Source: Octopus bimaculoides
Lineage: Eukaryota
Direction of reading: 5' to 3'
Assembly (NCBI RefSeq): GCF_001194135.2
Contig: NC_068988.1
Location: 29,328,087 to 29,370,061, forward strand
Length of the DNA stretch: 41,975 nt
In this document: positions 1 through 10,980 of the stretch, piece after piece
Numbering within the stretch: the stretch's first letter is position 1
How the letters are laid out: every line of letters begins with the position of its first letter
Notes under the pieces: generated by a model
The model's input: the letters and a program-made list of their open reading frames with translations, nothing else
Told to the model about the DNA's origin: nothing
Databases searched by the model: none
Made by a program: the position numbers and the translations under genes

Positions 1-49
<49 letters not shown>

Positions 50-62
50 TACATACACACAC
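1..62. repeat. (AT)n/(AC)n compound microsatellite
   Basis: Directly visible dinucleotide runs. Confidence 0.95.
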
Positions 63-308
63 TATTTAACAAAGACTTTCTAAGGATGTAGCTTAAATTC
101 TGCATTACTTTGAAGGACTTTTGGCATTAATGAAGGCATGTAGGTAATTTATTTATTATCAAATATAATAATATAAATTAGCTACATGTTTTTAAGTTAC
201 GAAACAATTCATTGATATATTTAAATTTTCTTATTGTTAAATAGAATTTTATCAAACTATTTGTCATTCTTGACTATACACACACACACACACTCAAATA
301 TAACTTTA

Positions 309-488
309 ACATGTGTATGAGAAGGGATGACCACTAAGTGGACATCCTATATGCTAGACACCAGAGCTCTGGTGTCTTGCAAAATTTTTTTCTGGAGAAC
401 ATTATTTTTCTTTGTGGTTGGGTTGTTGATGACCTCTTTCTAGCATATAGGATGTCCACTTAGTGGTCATCCCTTCTCATACACATGT
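309..488. mobile_element. MITE-like element with perfect 50-bp inverted repeats
   Basis: 309-358 (acatgtgtatgagaaggg...atgctaga) is the exact reverse complement of 439-488; 80-nt spacer. Confidence 0.6.
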
Positions 489-653
489 AATATAATTTTT
501 CTGAATTTTCAGATTTTTTATATGCTAGGCCAGTTGGTTTTCAATTGAATTAATATTCAATTTATCACCGACTGTTGACTGAACACTATTCAATTTTTTT
601 TCTCCGTGTTTTTCTCCTTGTCTCCGTATTCTTTCTGTTGAAGAACGTAGCTC

Positions 654-932
654 NNNNNNNNNNNNNNNNNNNNNNNNNNNNNNNNNNNNNNNNNNNNNNN
701 NNNNNNNNNNNNNNNNNNNNNNNNNNNNNNNNNNNNNNNNNNNNNNNNNNNNNNNNNNNNNNNNNNNNNNNNNNNNNNNNNNNNNNNNNNNNNNNNNNNN
801 NNNNNNNNNNNNNNNNNNNNNNNNNNNNNNNNNNNNNNNNNNNNNNNNNNNNNNNNNNNNNNNNNNNNNNNNNNNNNNNNNNNNNNNNNNNNNNNNNNNN
901 NNNNNNNNNNNNNNNNNNNNNNNNNNNNNNNN
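654..932. other. Assembly gap (N run)
   Basis: Ns. Other gaps: 4509-4850, 12819-12828, 23347-23356, 24537-25072, 26338-26707. All except 12819-12828 abut simple or tandem repeats. Confidence 1.
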
Positions 933-952
933 ATGATGATGATGATGATGAG

Positions 953-1004
<52 letters not shown>

Positions 1005-1038
1005 GCGTATGTATGTATAAATGCACACACATGTGCAT

Positions 1039-1197
1039 GACGGGCTTCTTTCAGTTTCCTACCAAATCCTCTTACAAAGCCTCAGTCAGCCCAAAATTAT
1101 AGTGGAAGACACTTGCCCAAGGTGCAACACAGTGGGACTGAACCCGGAACCATGTGGCTGAGAAGCAAGCTTCTTACCATACTGCTCTGGCTGTGCC
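1039..1197 (-). mobile_element. SINE family A head (CORE-like)
   Basis: Reverse complement matches the recurring motif ggttcagtcccactg..gcaccttgggcaagtgtctt..tatag..gtaggaaactgaaagaagcccgtc; next to a (TG)n tract. Confidence 0.8.
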
Positions 1198-1661
1198 TAC
1201 AGATCAATGTAATCTATAAATCTCCATCCTTCTTTATCTCTGTTCAATATAAATTATATGTATGTATCATAGTATGATACATTTTAGGCTCATTTCTATG
1301 CATGCGTATATGTGTATATTTCTTTCTGCATGTCTTTCCACCGCATGTTTGTATGTCTATGTGCTTGCAAATATACATTCGCTCGTAAATACACACACAG
1401 TTCAGTTCATAGCCAAATTTTAAGGACCCAGCAGAACGAGACTTTATGTTGGATAATTTTCAGGTGTAGCCTAGTTATTAGCAGTGACTACTTTACAACT
1501 CTCAACTCTAAAACTTGGAAAGACCATAGAATCTGTTGTTCTACTACTTACAAGTATTTCTATTGTTTAAAACTGCTTGGCATATTATCAGCAGTGCAGG
1601 ATAGCTCTTTAACAATAGCATTACCAGTTATTTGAAGTTCTGTCGGTATGTATGAGGTTAC

Positions 1662-1728
1662 CTGTATCAGTGCACATTGGGTGTGGTTCATATTGCATTA
1701 TTCTGTCCAAAAGACATAATTTGTAATG
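1662..1728 (-). CDS. Candidate isolated 67-nt exon (HYKLCLLDRIMQYEPHPMCTDT), gene unknown
   Basis: Acceptor tctgttatatttccag, donor CAG|gtaacc, only one frame open. No homology recognised. Confidence 0.25.
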
Positions 1729-1829
1729 CTGGAAATATAACAGATGGTGTTGGCATTATATTTTAACTTCTTTCCATTTCAAATTACATCCGCCTAATTT
1801 ATTGCTTATGTCATCGTGCATATGTGTAA

Positions 1830-1985
1830 GGCAGCAGTAGGTTGGTAGTATCACTAACACATTGGAGAAAATGCTCTGTGGCATTTTGTTTCTTCAGAGT
1901 TCAAATATTGCCAAGGTTGACTTTGCCTTTCATCCTTTTGGGGATCGATAAAATAAAGTATCCATCTAGTACTGCGCTGTGTGGG
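1830..1985 (+). mobile_element. SINE family E (tRNA-like head), decayed
   Basis: gagttcaaat (B-box-like) followed by gttgactttgcctttcatcc..gatcgataaaataaagta, shared with copies at 9030, 14355 and 41220. Confidence 0.6.
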
Positions 1986-3394
1986 GGCTGGCATGTCAGA
2001 GAACAGACCCAATGTTTCCTTTGCATGTCATAAAAGGAGACTAAAAAAGGTTGAGTTAGGATTTGCATTCTGATCTCATAAGACCCTCACCAGCGATTAC
2101 TACCCAAACAGACCCATTGGCTGGAGGGCTGTTGCCCAAGTGGTGCAAAGGTGTCATCCACCAGGAAGAGGGAACCACCAACAAACAACAGATGCAGTGA
2201 TGCACTGTTACAGCATGTGCCCCCATACTACTACTACTACTACTACTAGTACAGGGGTCAATGTAATCAACTTACCCTCTCTGCTCAAAATTGGTAGCCT
2301 TGTGTCAAAATTAGAAAGAATTACTGTAAAAACCCAAGTAATTTATGCACTTTTTGTCACAAAAATAAAAATAAACTTTATTGGGTGCATAAATTACATG
2401 AGTAGATTGTTTCCAGAATAAAAAAAAAAAATTTTTTGCTACCAGTTGTGCACTTGGGTCGATATAATCAACTTAATCTGTTTGTTTGTCCCCTCTGTGT
2501 TTAGCCCCTTGTGGGTAGTAAAGAAATAAGAAATTTTAAAGTTTGCTTGACATTTTATAAATGTGAAAGGGATTAAAATTTCGATACTCCATATCAAAGG
2601 TTCCAACAAGAATAGGCGGAAAAGAATACTGTTTACATAATCAGTTTGATCAGTCACCTTCCTCTGTTGGTTGAGTAAAGTGTCATCCAAGCTGATGTTT
2701 ATTAGTAATTAAATTTTATTTGCAGCGCCTGTGCATTTTTATCAGCTTTGTTTTTGCTGGTAATTCTTAATAACTTTTCCTGTGATTGTGATTTGAGAAG
2801 ACATACAGCAGTATGCTAAAGATAGGACATAATCTCTTGAGGGCAAGAAATGTAGAATAAAGTTTCTTATAAACAACACAAACACTTTGTAATTTAATAG
2901 CTTTCAATGTGATACCTGTTAAACAGAAATTATTTTTATTTGATGAAAATTTAATAAAATCTAATCATAAGTAAGTGAAATTACGCTAAATACAACTAAA
3001 TTGAAAACCTTTTTGCCCTGGCTATATTGGCAATTCTGAAAACTTTTGGGTGCGAATTTTACACAAGTAGAAGCCTTTTTTAACAATTTTTTTTCCTGAA
3101 AATCACCTGCATTAATTACACAGGTGCACAAATTACATAGTTTTTTTATGGTATTGTGTGCAGGCGTGCATTTGTATGTTTTTTGAAATGAAAAAATTTG
3201 CATGTATACAAGTATTTCCTGAGACAAATACTGTACAGTAAAGACTGGTTCCCTCTGTCATACATATGCATGTGTACGTGCATAAACATGCATATGTATA
3301 AGGTACTACAAGTATTTATAGACAGGCATTCAACAACAATGAATAATATAGAACTCTTGTTGAGAATTTGAGTCAGTATATAGTTATAAAGAGT

Positions 3395-3565
3395 CCTTAT
3401 GTGTGAGGCAGATTTTCTATGGCTGGGTGTCCTTCCAGTCACCAACCCTCACCTGTTTCCTCGTGACCAGACATGTTTTTACAGAAGATTGGAAATGAAG
3501 GACACTGCTTACATGACAGTGACTCTCATTTGCAACTATAACACAATGTCAAGACAAGGAAACAA
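3395..3565 (-). mobile_element. Interspersed repeat family D
   Basis: gaggcagattttcta..ccttcc..ccaaccctcacctgtttcc..cagacatgtttt..tgtcaagacaagg, repeated at 5935, 20960, 22745, 26945 and 36850. Confidence 0.7.
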
Positions 3566-3594
3566 TAACACACACACACACACACACAGATATG

Positions 3595-3752
3595 ACAGGT
3601 TTCTTTCAGTTTCCATCTGCCAAATTCATTGATGAGGCTTTACTCAGTCTGGGGTAATAGAAGAAGACACTTGTTCAGCATGTCAAACAGAGGGACTGAA
3701 CTCAGAAACATATGGTTGAGAAGTATACTTCCCAACCATACAGCCACGCTTG
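3595..3752 (-). mobile_element. SINE family A head
   Basis: tttctttcagtttcc..tagaagaagacacttg..gggactgaactc..cccaaccatacagcc matches family A in reverse. Confidence 0.75.
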
Positions 3753-4850
3753 CACATTACCATCCTCACCATTGTTTAACATCCACCTTCCATGCTGGCA
3801 TGGGTGAGACACACACACGTTTGTATCTATGTGCATACATACATACACACACACATATACATACATATATACTTTCACATACACACTCTCAGTTAGTCAA
3901 GGGACCAAGGGCTCCTCTTAGGCTCTGCTGATTGATGCAGCTGGTGCCAAGTCATAACATCTACAAATCAATATCTGCAGGGAATTTGTGAGAAGCTACA
4001 CAACTGATGGATCTGATCCAAATATTTATAAACAAAGCAAACTTCACTGAAGACACACATGTACTATCTATCATCAATACTATTATTAGGTCAGTAGATA
4101 GACTGGTAAAACCATGAGAGTGTAGGGCAAAAGGCTTTGAGTCATTTGTTCCACTCCCTATATGCTGAATTCAATTACTGCCTTGGTAAATTTTTCCCTT
4201 TCAATCCCCCATTCACACTGAGTGATAAAATAAAGTATCAGTCAAGTACAGGAATTAAAACAAACGACTAAGTCCTTCCCTTCAAAATTGTACCAATTAA
4301 GTACCAGTTGAATACTGGGGTCAATGAAATTAATTAGCCAACGTGAAACTCTGAGTAACAGTCTTTTGTTATATTCCTGCTGCTTTTAAATATAGCATAT
4401 TACTGTACCTCTGGTATTTGAGTACTCTTTTTTCCACCTTGTTGCACATTTATGTGCTTACTCCGGTGTAGATGTGTATACGTATATATATATATATATA
4501 TATATATANNNNNNNNNNNNNNNNNNNNNNNNNNNNNNNNNNNNNNNNNNNNNNNNNNNNNNNNNNNNNNNNNNNNNNNNNNNNNNNNNNNNNNNNNNNN
4601 NNNNNNNNNNNNNNNNNNNNNNNNNNNNNNNNNNNNNNNNNNNNNNNNNNNNNNNNNNNNNNNNNNNNNNNNNNNNNNNNNNNNNNNNNNNNNNNNNNNN
4701 NNNNNNNNNNNNNNNNNNNNNNNNNNNNNNNNNNNNNNNNNNNNNNNNNNNNNNNNNNNNNNNNNNNNNNNNNNNNNNNNNNNNNNNNNNNNNNNNNNNN
4801 NNNNNNNNNNNNNNNNNNNNNNNNNNNNNNNNNNNNNNNNNNNNNNNNNN

Positions 4851-4854
<4 letters not shown>

Positions 4855-4888
<34 letters not shown>

Positions 4889-4943
4889 CACACATACAGA
4901 CAGACAGACATACAACTACATATTCATAAAAATAAACTATATC

Positions 4944-4978
<35 letters not shown>

Positions 4979-5165
4979 TCACATACATAGACATACAAGT
5001 ACATATATTCATAAAAATAAACACACATATATATATAAACAAATATATGTATATGTGAATACACAAACACATGCATGCATATACATACACACATATATGT
5101 ATATGCACATACACATACACACACACAGACAGACACATGCACACGCACATACATAACACATACAT
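4855..5165. repeat. Compound AT/AC microsatellite
   Basis: Visible (TA)n, (CA)n and ACAT runs after the gap. Confidence 0.9.
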
Positions 5166-5404
5166 ACTGATTGTATGCTGCATGAAATATTTTCTTCAGT
5201 TCTAAGCCACTGATTCCATCAAATGGAAGAAATCCATTTGATGTTATCACATTCTGCTAGGAGTCTATTAGGTGTAGAGTGAAAGCAAAACCATGAAGCA
5301 CGAAGACAGGGTAATTGTTAAAAATGAATTAATAATGTTATTTAATTCCCATTTAGGTATGGGAGAGGGTATTCGATATCTATAATTATTTTATGAGTTC
5401 ATGT

Positions 5405-5680
5405 TAATATATCACAGAATATTTATATACATGCACATGCATACATATACATACACACATACATATATACATACAAATATATACATACATATATATACAT
5501 ACACATGCATATATATACATACATATATATACATACACATGCATATATACATACATGTATATACATACACATGCATATATACATACATATATATATACAT
5601 ACATATACATACATACACATGCATATATACATATATATACATACATACATATACACATGTATACATGCATACACACAGTC
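5405..5680. repeat. Degenerate ACAT/AT satellite punctuated by catgcat
   Basis: Recurring cacatgcatatatacatac units. Confidence 0.85.
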
Positions 5681-5934
5681 CAATGCAGCTGGCTACTTAT
5701 CACAGCACCACCCAACTAAAGGCAAAATATTTGACATGTCATTCCTTGGACTTAGTTATTCACCCAATCTTCGATATGTGGCTTTGGCTAAACTCAGCTA
5801 CCATATTCTTGAGTTTAATATCTGCCCCTGTAGCTACGAGTTGAAATTTATGTTTGTGTTTCAATCTATAGTTGTCGTTGTTATTGTTATGATTGTAGCT
5901 GTCAAGCAGTTTATCATAATCATCATCAGCATGA

Positions 5935-6170
5935 TCCTTTCATATCCACCTTTCCATGCTCGCATGGGTCAGACATAATTTATTGGGACAGGTTTTCTAC
6001 AGCCAGATCTCCTTCCTCTCACCAAGCTGCACCTGTTTCCAAGCAAGATATTTTCCCATGGCCAGACATGTTTTTCACAGAAGACCACCGGAGACAGACA
6101 TCCTCATTTGTATGACAACGATGCTCATTTACAATGATTACATGATGTCTAGACAAAGAGAGACACACAT
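5935..6170 (-). mobile_element. Interspersed repeat family D
   Basis: catatccacctttccatgctcgcatgggtcagac..ccagacatgttttt..atgatgtctagacaaag. Confidence 0.7.
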
Positions 6171-6177
6171 ACACATG

Positions 6178-6340
6178 ATGAACTTTTTTCAGTTTCTGTC
6201 GTCTAAATCCACTTACAAGGCTTTGTTCAGCCTAGGGATTTAATAGAAGACACTTGCTCAAGGTGCCATGCAACGGTATTGAACCCAAGGTCACATGGTC
6301 GGGAAGCAAGCTTCTTAAAACCACACAGCAAAGCCTGAGC
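6178..6340 (-). mobile_element. SINE family A head
   Basis: tcagtttctgtcgtctaaatcc..aagacacttgctcaaggtgcc..aagcaagcttcttaaaaccacacagc. Confidence 0.75.
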
Positions 6341-6969
6341 CATAATACAACCATTTTTTTATTTTTGCAACTTAATATAATAATAGGAGACAAAGAATTA
6401 AAAAGCTATATAGATGCATCAATTGCACTCCTATATCTTCCTTGGTCTCCAGAACTCATAAGATTTTCCCCTGCCCTTCTCCCACTCCCTCAGGAGAAAC
6501 ACTGAAATAGCAATTAGAGAAAGCCCTATCTACTCTCACTGATGGAGCAATCTTACAGAAAATTTCAGATTCAAACGGCAAATGATAGGTGAAACCAGTA
6601 ATTTGTAACTTCATAAAGAGACTAGCATTTCAATCACTGTCAAAGGGTTGTTGATATCAGGGTCAGCAACATATTTTGCTGAAGTGACTACTCATGTGTG
6701 ACCTGGGAAATCAGGTGTCCAATGAGTAATAGCTCGTGTAAGTTGACTCTTAAATATCTAATTTCATACTTAACCCTGTCCAAATCATCTTCATAAATTT
6801 GTCTTAAATATCCAATCTGGTTTTCAAACTTATAGTTAGCATGTTTCATACGTTTTGAGTAATAAAAAGCTTTCTTTCCATAAGCCCAAAGTTACTCTGC
6901 TGGTTAAAAAAGAAATTGGAAATGTGTATCATATATAATGCATGGACACAGGACTAATAGACAAAGAGT

Positions 6970-7273
6970 ATGGCCTATAAGACATACCTTTTTTTACCTA
7001 AAAATGGCTTTAAAAATCACCCTGCATCCAATGCACTCAATGTAGGCTCAAAACGGTGTTTACAAAACGTGTGCTGCCATCTATTGGTGAACAATCGCCT
7101 ACAGTATGTTTACATCAAATGTGGATGTAATAAATTGCTTATAATTACCGGTAATAACAAAGTTATACAGGTGAGTGGAGGAATTAAAACATTATTTTAG
7201 TGGTAATTTATTTTACAAAAGTATAGGGTGCATCCTATGCACTCGTGTGTCTTATAGGCCATCAAATATGGTA
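6970..7273. mobile_element. MITE, Tc1/mariner-pogo-like terminal motif
   Basis: Perfect 15-bp inverted repeat atggcctataagaca (6970-6984) / tgtcttataggccat (7248-7262); the right end runs on to caaatatggta. Confidence 0.6.
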
Positions 7274-7909
7274 ATATATAAGACAACCCAGAGTATACAA
7301 TGTTTTAAGCCATTTAAGTTATTTCTGAACATGACAATAAAGAAAAAATGTCCAACAGCAAAGCAGAAACTTGGTTTCAACTCCCATATAACAGAGAGAG
7401 AGAAAGAGAAATATAAAAGAGCATAAAATAGCCAAAAACTTGTTCTAGCAAATCATCATAGTTTATTTGCTTCAGTCACCCTAGCTAAAAATAGCTACAA
7501 CCACCCCTATTTCATGGTTGGGTAATTACTGATTAAAGACAAACCAGCAACACAATACCTGTTTTAGAAATTTATGTAACAGCTCAATTTTCTTTTTTTT
7601 ATTTTTGATATTGATCTGGGTGAGGACATAAGCAAACTCCTCATTGCTTTTATATTATTATTATTATTATCAATATTTCTTTTATGTAGCAGGCATAACA
7701 AAAGCTTCAGTAAGTTCTCAGCAAACCAAGTTCTAACAGTCTTCCTGTTTTCTATTGCAGTTGAGATGCATGCATACACCCTTTGTGCCTTTATGAGTAT
7801 TGACAAAAAAAGCTTTCAATAAACAAATTTACCAATTTCGTCATATTTTAGATGTTCTTGGTATTTTTAGAGAGAATGAGGCCATAATTCCTGCACAGCT
7901 TTAATACAT

Positions 7910-8072
7910 AGGTACAGGCATGGTTATGTGATAAAGAAGTTCCCTTGCAACTATGTGTTTTTTGGTTCAGTCCCATTGTGCAGCACCTAGGATGTCTTCT
8001 ACTATAAACTTAGGCCAGCCAATGCTTTGTGAATGAATTTGGAAGATAAAAGCTGTGTGGAAGTCCATATGT
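7910..8072 (+). mobile_element. SINE family A head, decayed
   Basis: ggcatggttatgtgataaagaag..ggttcagtcccattgtgcagcacc..tcttctactata. Confidence 0.65.
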
Positions 8073-8372
8073 GTATTTGTCCCAACCATCACAGCTTGAC
8101 AACTTTATAGCACGTAAAGAAAACGGTGTTGTAAGAGTGTACGCAGCACTTAAATGTCTAACTTAAATACTGAGATTGAAAAGCAGGGGCGGATTATGCT
8201 TACCTAATCTACAAAAAAATAAAATATTTTGTATTTTATGCTCAGTAATTAGAGTAACCTTCACAATTTTATTGAATTAGGTGCATATTTTGCCATAAAA
8301 GGAAAATGTTGCTATCGATCTATTTTGATCAAGGTACCTTGCCTGCCTAGTTGGCACATCCCTGGGTATGAT

Positions 8373-8606
8373 TTAACCCTTAAGCATTCAGATTATTCTG
8401 TCAAATGTAATGTGTATTCATTCGCATTGCTTTGAATTAATCATGCATTATCTCAAAGCTTCAAAATTACAATGATGCAATTGTTTATTTTTAGAACAAT
8501 ATTGTAGGGTAGGGATGAAAGGTCAGAGAGGGCCAGGGCCAGTTTGAATATAAAACAAGACAAATATTTAAGCTGGAAATGGCCAGTTTAAATGCTAATA
8601 AGTTAA
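8373..8606. mobile_element. TTAA-flanked MITE (piggyBac-like)
   Basis: TTAA at 8373-8376 and 8603-8606; imperfect terminal repeats cccttaagcatt / aatgctaataag. Confidence 0.45.
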
Positions 8607-9029
8607 GGGAGACGTAGCGGTTATTTCTATTTTCTGGTTGTTGTCTGACCATAGGTGAAACCTGGTTGAGCAAAAACACGATCAAATACTTTTAATCTTT
8701 ATCTGGCTCTTCCCTGCCTTTGGACATAGTCTATCAAGGACTACACCATCCAATATGTTCTTTAAAAAAATAGAAAATATGAACAAAGTGTGATTAAAGA
8801 GAAATTTGTTTGCTATTTCAAACAAGTCAAGCAACAATATACAGGCTCCTTCGTTAAGCCCCATTATTTTTCTACTTTATTATACACTAAAGCTACAATT
8901 AATTGGTCGTTTAATGTGTTTATTACCTAAAACAACTGTTTCCATTCATACATAAATGACTGAAATTACAACATTCCCTCTGAAGGGAACACTGGTCCTT
9001 TGGTGAGTTCAAGAGAAGCAATTTTTGAC

Positions 9030-9210
9030 TAGAGAGGGGAGAAGTTGATTACATCGACCCCAGTGTTTGGCAGGCACTTTGATTTATTGCCACTAAAAGG
9101 ATGAACGACAAAGTTGACCACAGTGGAATTTGAACTCAGAACGTAAAAAGCCAGAAGAAATGCTACCAAGCATTTTGTCCAATGTGCAAATGATTCTACC
9201 AGACCACTGC
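9030..9210 (-). mobile_element. SINE family E
   Basis: gattacatcgaccccag..aaagttgaccacagtggaatttgaactcagaacgtaaa, reverse of the family E pattern. Confidence 0.7.
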
Positions 9211-9539
9211 CTTTCCTTTGTATTTAATTCCTCGTAAATATTTATGGCCTAAACTCCAATTCTCTATCAACTGCAACAGAATGAAAATCATCCATTTTTT
9301 TCAAAATCCCACAGCATATATTTCCTTTTGATGTGAAGAAAAGGGGTAATGTATAAGATCTTTGCAAGGCCTCATGGCCGATACAGCTACACTGATTCAG
9401 AAAAATATGTCAGAAATATTGATGCTATCTGGAAGAAAGGAATTTTACAGGAACACTTCTGCCATGGTATCTGGATTATGATTGTTTTGTTCTATTTAAG
9501 CATAAAGATAATGGTGTCTTTATTTATTGCTAATGTACA

Positions 9540-9960
9540 ATATAATGCACAACCTAATTGTAACCCTATTTTGTTCATGCTCAATATTTTCAAACTTTAT
9601 GTATGTGGGATGGTCCCGAGGGCCTTCCAGTAATCAATCTATAACATGGCAAAAAAAAAAAAAATCATTTATCTCACATTATATGCTTTAAAATGATAGT
9701 TTTATCAATCAGGAGCCAGTCTTTGAATTGTTAATCTTTCTGCTTTCTCTTTTGATTCTTTTCTCGATGGCTGATTATACACAGAACAACAGCGAATATG
9801 AAAGCAGATTAAAAATCTGCAGTTCCACAAGTCATTAATGTTGTCATTTGAAGAAAGGGAAGGAAAAAATGCTATTTTCCTTGCTGTAAGCTTTATGATC
9901 ATATCTAAACCACCTGTAATCTTATTAGATTGTATAGTAAGTAGTTTGTGTGTACTTGTG
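9540..9960 (-). mobile_element. Fossil non-LTR retrotransposon reverse transcriptase, R4/Dong-like
   Basis: Manual translation gives, in the expected order, NDLWNCRFLIC (~PKNYRPITC), KDWLLIDKTI (~KDQLLINK) and AML*IDYWKALGTIPHT*SLKILSMNKI (~WIDYxKAFDxIPHxWI). It carries stops and frameshifts. The clade call is from recalled motifs. Confidence 0.75.
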
Positions 9961-10531
9961 AGCATTTTTGATCGAAGTTGGATATTTTATTAATATTTGA
10001 CTGTTTTCCAGTTGCTGCTGTTCTTCTGTGCCACACTAATCTCTTCTGATGCTATTGTATCTCCCAATTTTGAATCTTAATTTTATTGATGTTGCATTTT
10101 TCCATTCCCTCCAAGGAGTTAACTTGTTGTGCTGTACTTTTGCATTTTCAGATATTGCTAAATATCAGAGCTTGCTAAATATTTACCATCTTTTGATACA
10201 GCTTTCCAGTTAGAGAGAAACTGCTAACCTTCATTTATCACAAAAGCAGATCTAACACAGTCATTGGAAACACAAATTCAATACTTCAAGTCATATGCAG
10301 GTTGACCCAAAAATCACATTACCATTTAATATATATATAAATATAAGAAACACCCATACTGGTGCCACACATAAAGCACTCATACTAGTGCCACATGTTT
10401 AACACCTATGCTAGCATCACATATAAAGCATCCATGCTCGACAACCATGCATGAACCATACATGCTACCAGCACAGGAACCAGTCAGGCAGCATTGGCAT
10501 AGACCACGCTCGAACAGAACTTTTTATAATA

Positions 10532-10702
10532 CAGTTCTATATTTAAGAGATGAGGAATTATGGACATTATTTACATTTGACGGATATTTGTCCTCATCTT
10601 GTTTGTTGTTAACACAACGTTTTGGCTGAAATACCTTCCAGCCTTCTTCAGGTGTCTTGGGGAAATTTTGAACCGAGGTTCTCATTCCTAAGGTATTTTT
10701 CG

Positions 10703-10715
<13 letters not shown>
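10532..10715 (-). mobile_element. Short hammerhead-bearing repeat, left (minus) arm
   Basis: Inverted copy of 10981-11112; about 11 substitutions over about 120 aligned nt plus a 17-nt indel (manual count). Confidence 0.85.
10611..10656 (-). ncRNA. Minimal type I hammerhead motif with G12->A (probably inactive)
   Basis: Minus strand reads GACAC CTGAAGA A GGCTG gaaggtattt CAGCC AAAA CGT T GTGTT. Helices I and II are intact, but AAAA replaces GAAA. Confidence 0.65.
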
Positions 10716-10736
<21 letters not shown>

Positions 10737-10744
10737 ATGCCCAC

Positions 10745-10820
10745 GGGCATATGGCATAGTGGTTAAGAGCGCAGGCTACTAACCCCAAGATTCCGACTTC
10801 GATTCCAGGTAGTGACGTGA

Positions 10821-10822
<2 letters not shown>
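10745..10822 (+). mobile_element. tRNA-like SINE head with Pol III A/B boxes
   Basis: A box TGGCATAGTGG 10752-10762; B-box-like CTTCGATTCC 10797-10806; 7-nt loop CTACTAA; followed by (TAA)n. No intact cloverleaf. Confidence 0.7.
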
Positions 10823-10855
<33 letters not shown>

Positions 10856-10960
10856 CGTTTAATGTCCGCTTTCCATGCTACCATGGGTTGGTCGATTTGA
10901 CTGAGGACTGGTGAACCAGGTGGCTACACCAGGCTCCAATCTGATTTGGCAGAGTTTCTA
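10856..10960 (-). mobile_element. Family C repeat, truncated, embedded in (AAT)n
   Basis: cgtttaatgtccgctttccatgc..ggctccaatctgatttggcagagtttcta matches the copies at 31345, 38530 and 41380. Confidence 0.8.
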
Positions 10961-10980
10961 ATAATAATAATAATAATAAA

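Noticed and set aside
525-1102. ORFs of 146-175 aa on both strands
   Set aside because: They are made of N gap and microsatellite. The real sequence before the gap looks like a repeat, not an exon.
4400-5844. Many long ORFs rich in Y, I, H, T, C, V and M
   Set aside because: They are translations of AT/AC dinucleotide tracts and Ns. The same applies to 13553-13804, 16561-16827, 24007-25156, 30161-30971 and 33428-33861.
10745-10822. Functional tRNA gene
   Set aside because: No acceptor stem, weak anticodon stem and altered B box, and it is embedded in a repeat. Treated as a SINE head. The same applies to the family E and F heads.
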